The translations under genes and the position numbers were made by a program. Of a stretch of 64,000 bases of DNA, positions 33,791 through 45,073 are shown piece by piece. The DNA is from a virus. The DNA lies in the IMG/VR virus record IMGVR_UViG_3300012929_000018, positions 18,503 through 82,502 of that record, one strand, 5' to 3'. Each line of letters opens with the position of its first letter. Position 1 is the stretch's first letter. The notes beneath the pieces were generated by a model. It was not told where the DNA came from and did no database searches. It saw only the letters and a list, made by a program, of their open reading frames with translations.

Positions 33791-35962
33791 ATGAAAGTAG
33801 TGAGTGAGGGAACAGCATCCCTACTCGGCGGGACGGATGCGCCTATCAATATGGGCATATCCACAGACCCCGAGGACCAGCTTATGATCTTGAACGTGTT
33901 GAGCAATTCGCTCTACACCGACAAGGTCGCAGCCGTGTTAAGGGAATACGGATGCAATGGGTTCGACGCCAACGTCGAAGCAGGCCGAGGGCATCAGCCC
34001 ATCGAAATTCGCCTGCCCAATAGGTTAGACCCGACGCTAGCAATTCGGGACTTCGGCTACGGCATGAGTGAGGCTCAGATTCTCAACGTGTTCTGCCGAC
34101 TTGGGCGCTCGACCAAGCGCCAGTCCAATACCTTCACCGGCATGTTAGGTATCGGCTCGAAGGCGGGCTTCGCTTATGGCGACAGCTTCGTCGTGACGAG
34201 CTTTAACGGCGGCAGCAAGACAGTGTATAATTGCTTCCGCGATCAGGGCGCACCACGCCTTGCCAAGATGCACGAAGAACCGAGCGACTCGCCGGATGGA
34301 ATCGAAGTGAAGGTGCCGATTAGGGTCGGTGACTTCCAAGAGTTCATCACCAAAGCCGAGCGTATCTATCGTTACTTCAAGGTGCGGCCAATCATCCACG
34401 GCGTAAGCGGGTGGACGTGGGCCGAGCGCGGCGTCGCTGAGTTCTCCGGCACAGGCTGGCGATACACCGGCGTCGGCAGTTCCGTGGCAATCATGGGCAA
34501 CGTGGGCTACACGCTCACCGAAGCAGCCCTGCCACAGTCGGTCGATGCTCGCCTGCGAACGTTGATTAACCTCGGGGTCGAGTTGGACTTCGAGATTGGT
34601 GACCTTGAGATTGCTGCCAACCGAGAAGGTTTGCAGTATAAGGAGCACACAATCAAGTCGATTGTAGCGCGGCTCACCATTGTAGCCGACGAGGTTACCA
34701 AGGTGTTCACCGATCGCATTGCAACGGCGCCGTCCCTCTGGGATGCGCACCGTATGTATGGCGACAACTTCGAGAAGATGGGCCAGTCCCAATACGGGAT
34801 GCGCACGTTGAAAGAAGTAGTGAACAAGGGCATCACGTGGCAGGGTAAGAAGATCACGACGGGCCGGTTTGCATTGCTGCCGAGCCAGTGGGTCGGGGTT
34901 ACAATGCCGGGTGTGCACATCGTTGAGTATCACAAGGACAGATACTACGCGAGCCGCACGCAGAAGCGTGACAATCCTGGTGACACCTACGCGTCGGAGA
35001 AAACGCAGCTTTGCTTCAATGATCTGGCGTCGCAGACCAACAGTCCGTCGAGGGTGAAGGGGTTCTTTGAAACCAAGACCACGTTCGAGCGGTTGGTGAC
35101 GTTCACATTCGAGAACGATACCGCGAAGAAGAAATACATCAGGCTGGTTCAACTCGACGGAGCGCCGACGATAAACCTGTCGTCAGTTCCGCCGTCGATC
35201 ATCGTGAGCACGAGCAGCGGCAGCAGCGGGCCGAGTGAGCATCGCGCTAAACACAGCGCCAAGGTGTTCGAGTTGGCAGCAGCGCGCCCGGTGCAGGGCT
35301 CGTCGGTCAGGAGCAAGTGGTGGGAAAAGACGGAAGTCGATCTTGAGAATGACTCGGGAATTTACGTGAAGATTCACAAGTTCTCCGCGTTGCTCGCCGA
35401 CGGCCCGATTGAACCGACTCAGTTCTGGAATGACTCGCGGGCCTTAATCAAGGCAGGCATCATCACCGGCAAGATCGTGGGTCTCAAGCAGGCAATGGTG
35501 GATAAGATCGGCAAGGGATGGGTGTCCCTCGAAGATCACATCAAAGCGAATCTCGATCAATGGGTGACCGCCAACAAGCAGACGGTAGCGGATGCTGACG
35601 GGGCGCTTGCGCATAAGGAATGGATTCCGAAGAAGTGGGCGCGGCATTTCAGTCCGAAGTCCGCGATGCATCGGTATCTGCGAGCGTTCGAGTTGATGGT
35701 TGAGAACGGCAAGAAAACCTCGGACATGGTTGATTCCATTCGTCGCGGGTATAACTGCCTGCTCAAGAAGTCAGTGCTCGACAAGCTGCCGAGCCCGACG
35801 CATGATTTGGATAAGCTCAGCAAGGAAGCGTTGAACACGTATACGTTGCTGGCTATCCTGAACAAGCAGTCGCCCTACGTGTGGGATGAACGCCATCACG
35901 TCGGGGGCAATGCTTCACTCTTGCAATCGTGCAAGGAATATGTTCAACTAGTAAACCAATAA
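33791..35962 (+). CDS. rIIA: rIIA-like protein (GHKL ATPase N-terminus)
   Basis: LSNSLYTDK.AAVLREY..NGFDA, IRDFGYGMS, STKR.SN...GMLGIGSK, ANREGL.Y. Confidence 0.88.
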   Translation: MKVVSEGTASLLGGTDAPINMGISTDPEDQLMILNVLSNSLYTDKVAAVLREYGCNGFDANVEAGRGHQPIEIRLPNRLDPTLAIRDFGYGMSEAQILNVFCRLGRSTKRQSNTFTGMLGIGSKAGFAYGDSFVVTSFNGGSKTVYNCFRDQGAPRLAKMHEEPSDSPDGIEVKVPIRVGDFQEFITKAERIYRYFKVRPIIHGVSGWTWAERGVAEFSGTGWRYTGVGSSVAIMGNVGYTLTEAALPQSVDARLRTLINLGVELDFEIGDLEIAANREGLQYKEHTIKSIVARLTIVADEVTKVFTDRIATAPSLWDAHRMYGDNFEKMGQSQYGMRTLKEVVNKGITWQGKKITTGRFALLPSQWVGVTMPGVHIVEYHKDRYYASRTQKRDNPGDTYASEKTQLCFNDLASQTNSPSRVKGFFETKTTFERLVTFTFENDTAKKKYIRLVQLDGAPTINLSSVPPSIIVSTSSGSSGPSEHRAKHSAKVFELAAARPVQGSSVRSKWWEKTEVDLENDSGIYVKIHKFSALLADGPIEPTQFWNDSRALIKAGIITGKIVGLKQAMVDKIGKGWVSLEDHIKANLDQWVTANKQTVADADGALAHKEWIPKKWARHFSPKSAMHRYLRAFELMVENGKKTSDMVDSIRRGYNCLLKKSVLDKLPSPTHDLDKLSKEALNTYTLLAILNKQSPYVWDERHHVGGNASLLQSCKEYVQLVNQ

Positions 35963-35992
35963 CAAAACAACAAGAAAGGGAAAGCAAAGAGA

Positions 35993-36745
35993 ATGAGTAA
36001 GTTAAGTTACATTATCACCGGCCAAGGCATTACTGCCGTGGTTGACGGTGAGACCATGACCATCACTTCGGACAATCCAAGTTACGGTCAGGTGTTAGAC
36101 GCGATCAAGGACGGTGAGGAACCGTATCGCATCGCAGAGTTGTTCCGCGCGGCCAACGCCGTGAAGCGGTATCTGCAAGGCGTTGTCGAAGTCGACGAAC
36201 TGATGGGCGAAGTCACCTACAATGGTGAGCCTGTTGCGAACGTCATTGTCGACCGCATCCTGCAGTTCATGTCGGATGGATTGCCAGTCAATCCGCTCAT
36301 CAAGTTCCTTGAGAACCTGATGTTGAACCCGAGTCGCCGGTCGATTCAGGAACTGTATAAGTTCCTCGAACACAAGTCGTTGCCCATCACGGACGACGGC
36401 TGCTTTCTCGCCTACAAAGGCGTGGACGACAACTTCAAGGATTACCACACTGGTAAATACTCGAACACCGTCGGGTCGATCAACAAGATGCCTCGCGGCA
36501 CTGTTGATGATGACTTCCGTGTATCCTGCGGCACCGGCTTCCATGTCGGCTCGCTCGAATACGCGACCACATTCGGCAACGGTAACACCGTCGTCGTGTG
36601 TAAGGTCAACCCGAAGGACGTGGTTGCAGTTCCGGAAGATTCGTCTTGCCAGAAATGCCGCACCGCGGAGTATGAGGTAGTTGACCTGTTCCAAGGTGCG
36701 ATCAATCGCCCACTGGTTAATTCGGCCTCGCCGTATAGCTACTAG
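35993..36745 (+). CDS. rIIB: rIIB-like protein
   Basis: FLENL..NPS, LPITDDGCFLAYKGV, CGTGFHVG...YA, KVNPKDVVAVP; follows rIIA. Confidence 0.9.
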   Translation: MSKLSYIITGQGITAVVDGETMTITSDNPSYGQVLDAIKDGEEPYRIAELFRAANAVKRYLQGVVEVDELMGEVTYNGEPVANVIVDRILQFMSDGLPVNPLIKFLENLMLNPSRRSIQELYKFLEHKSLPITDDGCFLAYKGVDDNFKDYHTGKYSNTVGSINKMPRGTVDDDFRVSCGTGFHVGSLEYATTFGNGNTVVVCKVNPKDVVAVPEDSSCQKCRTAEYEVVDLFQGAINRPLVNSASPYSY

Positions 36746-36758
36746 TCGTTAGCGGAAA

Positions 36759-36792
36759 CAAGACACGCGCTGTTCTATCCGGTGCGTGTCTT
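36759..36792 (+). terminator. Hairpin after rIIB (probable terminator)
   Basis: AAGACACGCGC/GTGCGTGTCTT. Confidence 0.6.
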
Positions 36793-36859
36793 AACCTCGG
36801 GTTTTTTGGGAGCAAAAAATTTCTGAAATTTTGCGCCCTTTAGTTTAACACGAACCTGC

Positions 36860-36872
36860 GCGCATAATGCGC
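36860..36872 (+). promoter_or_regulatory. GCGCATAATGCGC motif copy 7
   Basis: Exact copy before GAAAGGA RBS and ATG 36887. Confidence 0.8.
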
Positions 36873-36886
36873 GTGAAAGGATTGAA

Positions 36887-37102
36887 ATGAAGATTGAGAT
36901 TTACAAGACAGCACTGTGTCGTGGATGCTTTAGCCGAGCGGCCATACTTCAAGTGCTGTATGAACCACATGATGTGCCATCTACAGGCATGTCCTTTTGG
37001 TTCTCGACCGTGCCTCGCGATCAAGGGGATGTGCTTGCCATCAACAAGCAGGCAGAGACCATCGCAGATCGGGTGAACGCGGAACGAGATGGAACAATAT
37101 GA
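36887..37102 (+). CDS. Hypothetical protein
   Basis: Motif plus RBS upstream. Confidence 0.6.
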   Translation: MKIEIYKTALCRGCFSRAAILQVLYEPHDVPSTGMSFWFSTVPRDQGDVLAINKQAETIADRVNAERDGTI

Positions 37103-37803
37103 ACTACCTAAGCGTTGGCGTAGACGCCAAGACAAAGAAAGGTGAGAAGCAAGGATACCTCACAGGTATTCTTTACATGGCCCCGGCACAGGTGGCAGGC
37201 GGACGTAACATGTGTCCGTTCTCCACGGCGGGGTGTCGAGCGGTGTGCCTTTACACGGCAGGCCGCGGCGGTTTCAACAGCGTGCAAGAGGCGCGCATCA
37301 GGAAGACGTTGGAGTTCCAGACGAACCCCGACGAGTTCTGCAAGCTCATCATCGAGGACATTGTGTCGCTCGTGAAGAAGGCAGCGAAGCAGGATATGAT
37401 TCCGGCGGTGCGGCTCAACGGCACGACTGACATTGAGTGGGAGAAGTATGGTATCATGGAACAGTTCCCTGACCTACAGTTTTACGACTACACGAAGTGG
37501 CCGTGCGGTAGGCGAATGGGTATTCCATCGAACTACCATCTGACCTATTCGTTTAGCGAAAGTCCGAAGGCGGAACTCAATGCGATCGGTTGGAAGATAC
37601 GTGGGTTCAACACAGCGGCGGTGTTCGCTGGTGGGTTGCCGACTCACTTCAAGATAGGCGAGACGGGCGTGCCCGTGATCGACGGTGACCTTAGTGATCT
37701 TAGGTTCCTCGACCCGAAGGGTGTCGTCGTAGGTCTCAAGACCAAGGGCAAAGCCCGCGGTGTAGTAGATGCTGGCACGGGCTTCGTGCAGAAAGGAATA
37801 TAA
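37099..37803 (+). CDS. Gp88-like phage protein (Cys-rich, radical-SAM-like)
   Basis: MCPFSTAGCRAVCL, VRLNGTTD, FYDYTK, YHLTYS, VIDGDLSDLRFLDP. Confidence 0.75.
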   Translation: MNYLSVGVDAKTKKGEKQGYLTGILYMAPAQVAGGRNMCPFSTAGCRAVCLYTAGRGGFNSVQEARIRKTLEFQTNPDEFCKLIIEDIVSLVKKAAKQDMIPAVRLNGTTDIEWEKYGIMEQFPDLQFYDYTKWPCGRRMGIPSNYHLTYSFSESPKAELNAIGWKIRGFNTAAVFAGGLPTHFKIGETGVPVIDGDLSDLRFLDPKGVVVGLKTKGKARGVVDAGTGFVQKGI

Positions 37804-39379
37804 TGAACAGAGAAGCAGCGGTCATCAAAGCCGCAAATGTATTAGGAAAAGCAAGCGAGCACCTGCGCAACAAAGGTTATGCAGGACTCGCATCGGAATG
37901 CGACGGTGCGATCAAAGACTTGCAGGCAAGTGTGGCGGAAAGCCGCGCGCTTGATGAAGCGTCGGTCAGCGAACTGGTGCGCGCGGCAACGCTGTGCGTG
38001 AAGCGGTTCACAGCCATAAGACTATGAGCTTCCCGTATCATAAATCACACGTGTCGCCGCTCGCGCTCCACATAGCTATCCACTATGCCACGCGATGTAA
38101 CGACTTCGAGAACATGTGGTCGCCAGCACAGATCACCATCTTCAAGCAGTTCGTGTTGCAGGGAATCCTGCGAACACCAACGGACGCGGAGCGCGAGGCT
38201 GGTTGGGATAACAAGTATATCGCTACGGATAAGTGTCGCGCATGGGTTGAACTCCTGTGCAAGACACCGTTCCCAATCCAGATGTGGGTTGACCCACGCA
38301 CCGAGGAAATGGTATGAAGTGGATACTCATAGCGATTGCTGTGACGGCCTTCGCCGTTGCACTCCGCGACTACTCTCGAACGCCCACTCCTACTCGGGAG
38401 TATGAGGAGTTCGACACGCCGCGCTTGGAACCAACTCCATCACAGGAAGAAATCAATGAGCGCGTGACGAAGGCGTTGCGCCTGAATCCACCACTATGAA
38501 GATACACCTGCGAGGCGATTGGGGTATGACGAGGTGCGGCCTTGAGGGTTGGCGCCGTTTGTGGGGTGGATGGGATAGCAAGTGGGCGCTGCCCAACACC
38601 GACGACAGAAGAAAGGTTACGTGTCGCAAGTGCAAGCGAACCAAGAAAACAAAATTCACACTATGAACGAATGGAAACAACTAGGCGCTGACCAGTGGGA
38701 GTTCACCGGCGAGACGACAACTCACAAGGATGGACTGGAATCTACCTTCACCGCGACGGTGCAGTGGATTGAACGGCGTTACCGAGAGTCCAAGAACTTT
38801 AGGTTCGAGGCAATCATCGGCGACAAGAGTTATTACTTCCGAACGCTCGCAGGAGCGAAGCGATTCGTGGAGAACTACGCAATACAGAAAGGCAAACTTG
38901 AAAGATAACAACGGAATAGTAATTGAGGTAGGCGATCTAGTCGCCTACAATCGGAGCGGTGACGTGGTCAAAGGCGTCGTCGAGAAGTTTGGTCGGGTGC
39001 TGCCGATGGGTTGGCAGACACGCTCGCGTGACTTACTCAAGTATACTTACGTGCGCAATCAACGCGATAAGAAACTGTCGAAGGTAAAGCGTCCGCAATC
39101 GTTGATGGTGATTGGGAAGATGGCTACGACTAACCAAATCGGCGAGCCCATCTGGCGACCCATGTGGTATCTATGAACTGGATGCTTACTTGCTTCAAGA
39201 TACTCCGATGCTTCGGAGAAAACGAAGGCACGTGGTATAGTATAGATTGGGAATATTACGGCATCACACCCGCCGAACAAGAACACATCAGAAAGGAGTA
39301 TCAGCTATGGGTAGACAACTTAACGTCCTCATCGCCTGCGAAGAATCAGGCGCCGTCAGAGACGCCTTCCGAGAGCTAG
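37803..39379 (+). other. Cluster of small hypothetical ORFs
   Basis: Packed ORFs such as 37803-38027, 38314-38499 and 38663-38908. Confidence 0.5.
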
Positions 39380-40098
39380 GGCACAACGCGTGGAGTTGCG
39401 ACCTGCAGCCCTGCGACCCTGCATCCAAGTTCTCGGGCTACCATTTGCTGGGCAACGCGATCACGGCTGCATGCCAGCCTTGGACGTTCCCATCGCTGCC
39501 GACCGTAGTGATGGGGCCGTGGTGGGATCTGTTGATCGCGCACCCACCTTGCACCTACCTATGCAACAGTGGGGTGCGGTGGTTGTTCCGCGATACTCAG
39601 CCATTCGTCAGTTCTTTGACCCGCTCGTGCAATACACGCATCGCAACAACGATGGGTATGGTTACTCGCAAGGGGAAGTTCACACGCCCAGCCAACCGCA
39701 CGCGGGTAGCATTGATGCATGACGCAGGGACGCTGTTCCGCATACTCTACAATCAAAGCTACATCGCACACATCGCAGTCGAGAATCCGATCATGCACAG
39801 CTACGGCAAGCATGCGTGCGGCGTCGGCAAACCGTCACAGGTAATCCAGCCGTGGATGTTCGGGCACTCGGAGAACAAGGCGACCTGCTTGTGGTTGAAG
39901 AACCTGCCGAAGTTGACTTACGACAAACAGAATGCGGAGTTCACTAAGAACATGATGGTTTACTTGCCGAAGAAGATGACCAATCGCATCCACTATACGA
40001 GCCCCGGCCCCGAGCGGGCGAAGCTGCGGTCCAAGACTTACCCCGGAATTGCGCTTGCAATGGCGACGCAGTGGTCCGACTATATTCAAAGCTTATGA
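39307..40098 (+). CDS. DNA cytosine-5 methyltransferase-like protein (short phage type)
   Basis: VLIACEESG (motif I), WSCDL, DLLIAHPPC (motif IV), AVENP (motif VI), K.TCLWL, RSKTYPGIA.AMA.QW. Confidence 0.8.
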   Translation: MGRQLNVLIACEESGAVRDAFRELGHNAWSCDLQPCDPASKFSGYHLLGNAITAACQPWTFPSLPTVVMGPWWDLLIAHPPCTYLCNSGVRWLFRDTQPFVSSLTRSCNTRIATTMGMVTRKGKFTRPANRTRVALMHDAGTLFRILYNQSYIAHIAVENPIMHSYGKHACGVGKPSQVIQPWMFGHSENKATCLWLKNLPKLTYDKQNAEFTKNMMVYLPKKMTNRIHYTSPGPERAKLRSKTYPGIALAMATQWSDYIQSL

Positions 40099-42883
40099 AC
40101 CTCACCGACAAAGACCCACTTCGAATGTTCGAGGACGAAGTCGAAGCCGAGATAGATGAGAACGAGCGCATCATCCTTGACGCGTGGAAGGATGCTGAGG
40201 AGAAATACTACCGACAAATTTATGAAGACGAACACTACAACTCACCCGAATGTAACCAGTAAACTATTTGCGTCATGGTCAGACCCCGTGTGGGATGGGC
40301 CGCCCAAGGCTGCCTCGAAAGAGGGAAGGGCGGCCCGCCCACACGAACCGGGCTATGCGCAATTCATCGGCTTGTGCCGACTCAACACAGAAGGAGACGA
40401 ATGATAATAATTGAACCAGAAAATCTCGTGCTAGAAGGGCTCGATGAACCCGCGAACTTCATCGTGCGTAAAGCACTTGCCGCGGCGTTGACGGCCGACC
40501 CATTGTTTCAAGCCGCCTATGAAACCGTATATCAAGCTACCATCGCCGAGATACTCCACGGAGTGACGCTGTGAAGTATCCAGACCAATGCGCATGCGGC
40601 GGCTTCTTCGCGCACAGTAGTAAGTGCCCGAAGTATCAGACGCCTGCCGAAGCCCACAAGCAATGGCTCGCAGAGCAGAAAGCGAAAGCGCCCAAGGATA
40701 ACTATACTTATACCGATGTGGTGAATCCCGCGGTCGCCGTAAGGATATGACGACCATCGAGTGCGCGGCTGTGCAGCTACGCGACGGGCGCATCATCCGA
40801 GAGCGGACACATCGCGCGTGCTGGCAGATGATACTCGCGGGCGTGGGCCACGACCCCGACATGCTCCCGAAGGGACGCGAGGGATTCGTGACCAGCGGGG
40901 GAGACTTCGTCAACCCGTGGGCGGCTGCAACGTTGGCGCGAGCCGCGGGCACGTTCATATCTGACCCGAAGAAAGGGCTGCAAGACCACGATTTAGATTG
41001 CTATTAAACACAAAAAGTAGGAGAATCAAACCAATGAAAATCATGACCACGGCGATCCTCGCCATCACCTTAATCGCGAGCGAGTTTGCCTTTGTGCAGC
41101 ACGAGCGCGCGCAAGCCGAAGCCCTCGAAGGCGCCTTCAAATTGATGGTGTTTTCCCAAGCCCTGCGTTCTGCCCTGCCCCCGGCTGCGCAACCGCACAA
41201 GCCTGTATTTCCAGGTGGAGCGCAACAGGAAACGCTGTAATGATCGGCCCGACAAGCGAGCCGAATCAATGCATGGGGTGTCAAAGCAAGTGGCCCATAC
41301 TACGCGGAACTTACGACAGGCATATAGTTCCCGGCGGCTACCCCGGCGAAATGATTTGGTGCTCCAAAAATACTTATGACTTACCCACACCGGGACACTG
41401 CTCCTTGGGAGCGTGTCGTCCGAGAACCGATGATCGGACAACTGATGCCACTTCAATACCGGCGGGTATTGCTTGCGCGGATTTTGCTGCGCCCGGCACG
41501 AAAGACCAGACTGTCCTCTTTACGCACGTCACTGAGGAAGATTTTACTTTGATGCTCGAAGTCGACGTGGCCTTTATCGACTGGCTTCGGAGACGTTGTA
41601 TAATTTTATGAGCGACAACACACCAGCAGAACCATTGTTCAAAGCCCCGCCGTCTTTATTGGAGACGTTGCTGGGTTTGATGAAACGCGGTAGATCAATG
41701 CGCCAAGTGGTGCAGATCTTACGCACGCAGCGTAAACGCCAACCCCTCGGGTATGGAGCGAAGCTCCGCATGCGCCGGATGGATTGGATTCGCGAGTCGC
41801 AGACCCAAGGTATCGCTGTCGCCCTCGACCGCAAAGTTTGCAGATCAGAAGGGCGGCTCTCCGCGCATCTAACGGCGTATTACCCGATGCATCGCCACAC
41901 TAAAGCGGACCTGTGGGATGTTCGACGAGCCTAAGGTCGACGACATATACCGGCACAAGGTGACCGGCCTGACGTATCGCGTACTCGAAGTCACGTTCTA
42001 CAAGGTGAGCGCGGTGCAGGAATGTCCCGTCCCTAACTGGTCGTGGCGTGGAGACCGTGCAGATTTCTTGATCGACTTTGTGCTCATCAATCACCACGGC
42101 TATTCGCATCAACGCATATGAGTTGGCGCCCCGAACCAACTGATTGGCGTGGGTCGACGCGTAAGCGTCACATGGTGAAGTGGGACCCGCGGCCGGGATG
42201 GAAGCGCGCGTGCGAATGGCCGCTGCGAAAGTTCTATCTTGTGGTTTACGACCCGTTTATCTGGGTTCCAGAAGAAGAACTGGTGTGGGACGATCAGCCG
42301 CATGACGCGGCGCGCGAAGGGCGTGCAGCTTTAGCATTGCTCTTTGCCTTCTTTGCTGCGATACTGGCAGCGATTTGGATTATGAGTTTCATTTTCAGAT
42401 GATAACACTAGACGAAACCGATCGCGCCGCCTTGACGTTGTTCGCATGCATCATAGTATTCGTCGGCAATATTTGGATGGCATTCTTTCGAAAACAATGA
42501 ACACACAACAAACATCCGCCAGTAAAATTGAGGACCTGCCCCCGGCCAAATCACAACGACACGAACTTCATCTACGCATCTGTATGGATGATTTTCGTGG
42601 AGACTTCGCGGGAAGGCGTGCGCTCGAAACCACATTCGAACTCATTGAGAAGGTGAAGGCAGCGGTCTTTTCCAAGGGCGGCAAGATCATGTCATTCAAA
42701 TTCGACAATACTCCGACGCGCGATGCCAATCCAGGCGGCGACATTGCCACACTAAGCTTCGATATTCGCACGCCGTATCATTGCGTGGCTACGCTTGAGT
42801 ATTTATTCTACAGTTGGGTTGAGCCACTGAGTCCACAGGGGCATCAGTCCACGGTGGCTATCAACTTCAAGGTTCAGCTATGA
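40095..42883 (+). other. Cluster of ~12 small hypothetical ORFs
   Basis: Continuous co-oriented small ORFs with coupled start/stop codons. Confidence 0.5.
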
Positions 42884-43734
42884 GGAAATTCTTTTTGATT
42901 TGCTTGCTCGCTGTAAGTCTGTGCGGTGCTGTCGCCGCACAGACGCCTGCGTTGAGCGGATTCGTTTACGACGGCGGCGTGTTCACCGATGGAACGACTT
43001 TGATCCTTGGCCAGACCTACACGGTGTGGGGAATGGCGAACGCCGACGCGCACAGCGTTGTGTTCAGCAAAGACGGCGTCACCATGAAGGTCGATCAGAC
43101 AGACCCTTACTCTTTCACGTGGGCACCCAACGCACTAGGCGCTCACATCATTGCCGCAAGGCCGTGGAGTTCAACAACTGGCACGGGAATCTTCGGCTCA
43201 GTAATCCTAGTGCACTACAATGTAATCAATGCTACCCAAACACCTACCCCAACACCGACGCCTACCCCTACAGGAACTCCGACACCATCTCCAATTCCGA
43301 CTCAGTCGCCAACGCCAACAGCGACGCCGACTCCTACAGGAACTCCAACACCAACCATTTCTCCAACAGGAACTCCAACTCCGACGCCAACAGGAAGTCC
43401 GACGCCGTCTCCGACTCCTACTGGGACCCCAAGCAGTACTCCGATACCTACCCCCACACCTATCGGTGGAACCAAAGTCGTCACTTTCGCATGGTCCGGC
43501 ACCGCTGACACCTTATGGTATGGAGCTAAGAGCGAGGCAGTGGTTCAGAACTATACCGGTGTCATCTGCGCACCTGCCACAACGTGCACAGGCACAGCCT
43601 TCCCACTCTCCCATAGCCTCGTGCTACCCGTAGGAGTGCAGACGGTTAAGGTCAGCATGGCTACGGGGCAACATTACTTCGTTGTCGTTAGCAACGCTGG
43701 CGGCAACAGCAACCTGATTGAATTTGATTTATGA
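42880..43734 (+). CDS. Secreted protein: Ig-like (Big) domain + Pro/Thr linker + FN3-like domain
   Basis: Signal peptide [20 protein letters not shown]; VVFSKDG...D...PYSFTW...G.H.I.A; (TP)n linker; VTFAWS...YFVVV. Confidence 0.8.
   Translation: MRKFFLICLLAVSLCGAVAAQTPALSGFVYDGGVFTDGTTLILGQTYTVWGMANADAHSVVFSKDGVTMKVDQTDPYSFTWAPNALGAHIIAARPWSSTTGTGIFGSVILVHYNVINATQTPTPTPTPTPTGTPTPSPIPTQSPTPTATPTPTGTPTPTISPTGTPTPTPTGSPTPSPTPTGTPSSTPIPTPTPIGGTKVVTFAWSGTADTLWYGAKSEAVVQNYTGVICAPATTCTGTAFPLSHSLVLPVGVQTVKVSMATGQHYFVVVSNAGGNSNLIEFDL
43232..43461 (+). repeat. Pro/Thr low-complexity coding repeat
   Basis: About 75 aa of TPTPTGTP repeats. Confidence 0.9.
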
Positions 43735-44070
43735 TTAAAACATTAAAAGCAATCCAAACATCGGTTTGGGTTCTAGGTATTTTCATCCTCGTCGCCATCA
43801 CAGGAGTTGCGATTCAAGTCGACAACATCGAACGAAACCTGACCCGAACCGACAAGGCACTTACCGCAATCGAAAAGAAATTAGGTATTGAGCTATGAGC
43901 GAAGGAAAGCCGCAGGCCCATGTGGTTCTTGGTCGGGGTGGATATAACCAATCCATTCTGCCTGCGGCGTTCCTTCGCTCACGCCCCAATGGGCCACCTC
44001 AATCTCCTGTGCCGGGCCTTAGCCGCCATGAATGTCGGGATGGTTGTTGCGTCATCTACTTTCGATAATT

Positions 44071-44705
44071 ATGAAAGAGTTAAAAAACTACGAGGTAAAG
44101 ATTCGTCAGTTCAACGGTCACTATGATGTGACCATCACTGATGTTTCATCTAACGAGGCTTTGATCGCCTCACAGAAGATGCGGCTGAACTCCCCAGACG
44201 TGGACTTGAAAGACGACGAGTCACGGCGCCGGGCGCTGGACGCGTTCTTCTCGAACATTTCCTACATCTTGCGGCAGCGCACATTCCCCAATGACACGTT
44301 GGTCTACGACACGGTCGAGAGTGTCCACGGTAAGAAGCTCATCAACCCGCGCTACCCTGCGTTGTGTGGTTGTCCGTCTGGAAAGCCTGGTGAAAAAGGC
44401 CCAGAGGGGCTGCCTCTGCATCTCAAGAAAGACTTCGGCTGCTACGTGCCGGGATCGGATGACTAATGAGAATCATCAAAGAGACTGACAAATACGTGAT
44501 CGTGCGCTGGCACGAGGATTATGACTCGCTCAACGATAGCAAAGAGCAGAAACTACTCTGCATCGGCGGGCCGTTCGACGGCCAGATGAAAGCTGGTTGT
44601 CAGATTGAAGAGGCTTATTGCCAGTATAACCGCGGCGAGTATCGTCGCAAAGGCACACCGCATAAGGCTGTCTACATTCACGCCGCGGCGTTGGTATCAG
44701 AATGA
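44071..44705 (+). other. Two hypothetical ORFs (44071-44466, 44466-44705)
   Basis: TAATG coupling. Confidence 0.55.
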
Positions 44706-45073
44706 TTATCGCGATCGACTTCGACGGGACGTGCGTCACGCATGAGTATCCTCAGATCGGCCGTAGCATCGGCGCTGAGGATGTGCTGCAAAAACTGGTA
44801 GCGGCGGGGCACAAGCTTGTTCTTTGGACAATGCGCTCGGGTCCATATCTCGAAGACGCTAAGCTGTGGTTCGAGGCGCGAGAGATTCCCTTGTTCGGTG
44901 TGAATGAGAACCCTAATCAACACGTGTGGACAGATAGCCCGAAGGCTTACGCGCAACTCTACATCGACGACGCGGCGCTTGGCGCACCGTTGATTGAGCC
45001 ACCCGGCGAACGATTTTATCTTGATTGGGGTGTCACTAAGATGTGGCTTTACCGGGACGGGGTGTTATTTTGA
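44702..45073 (+). CDS. HAD-superfamily phosphatase (BT0820-like)
   Basis: IIAIDFDGT, LVLWTMR, K.YAQLYIDD. Confidence 0.88.
   Translation: MIIAIDFDGTCVTHEYPQIGRSIGAEDVLQKLVAAGHKLVLWTMRSGPYLEDAKLWFEAREIPLFGVNENPNQHVWTDSPKAYAQLYIDDAALGAPLIEPPGERFYLDWGVTKMWLYRDGVLF

Noticed and set aside
34145-35152. Long antisense ORFs (for example 335 aa opposite rIIA, and others opposite polA, helicase and the giant protein)
   Set aside because: Shadow ORFs expected from GC3-biased coding on the other strand.
40571-40750. Apparent non-coding gap as an ncRNA
   Set aside because: It is filled by a 59-aa GTG ORF (VKYPDQCACGGFFAHSSKCP...) coupled to both neighbours.
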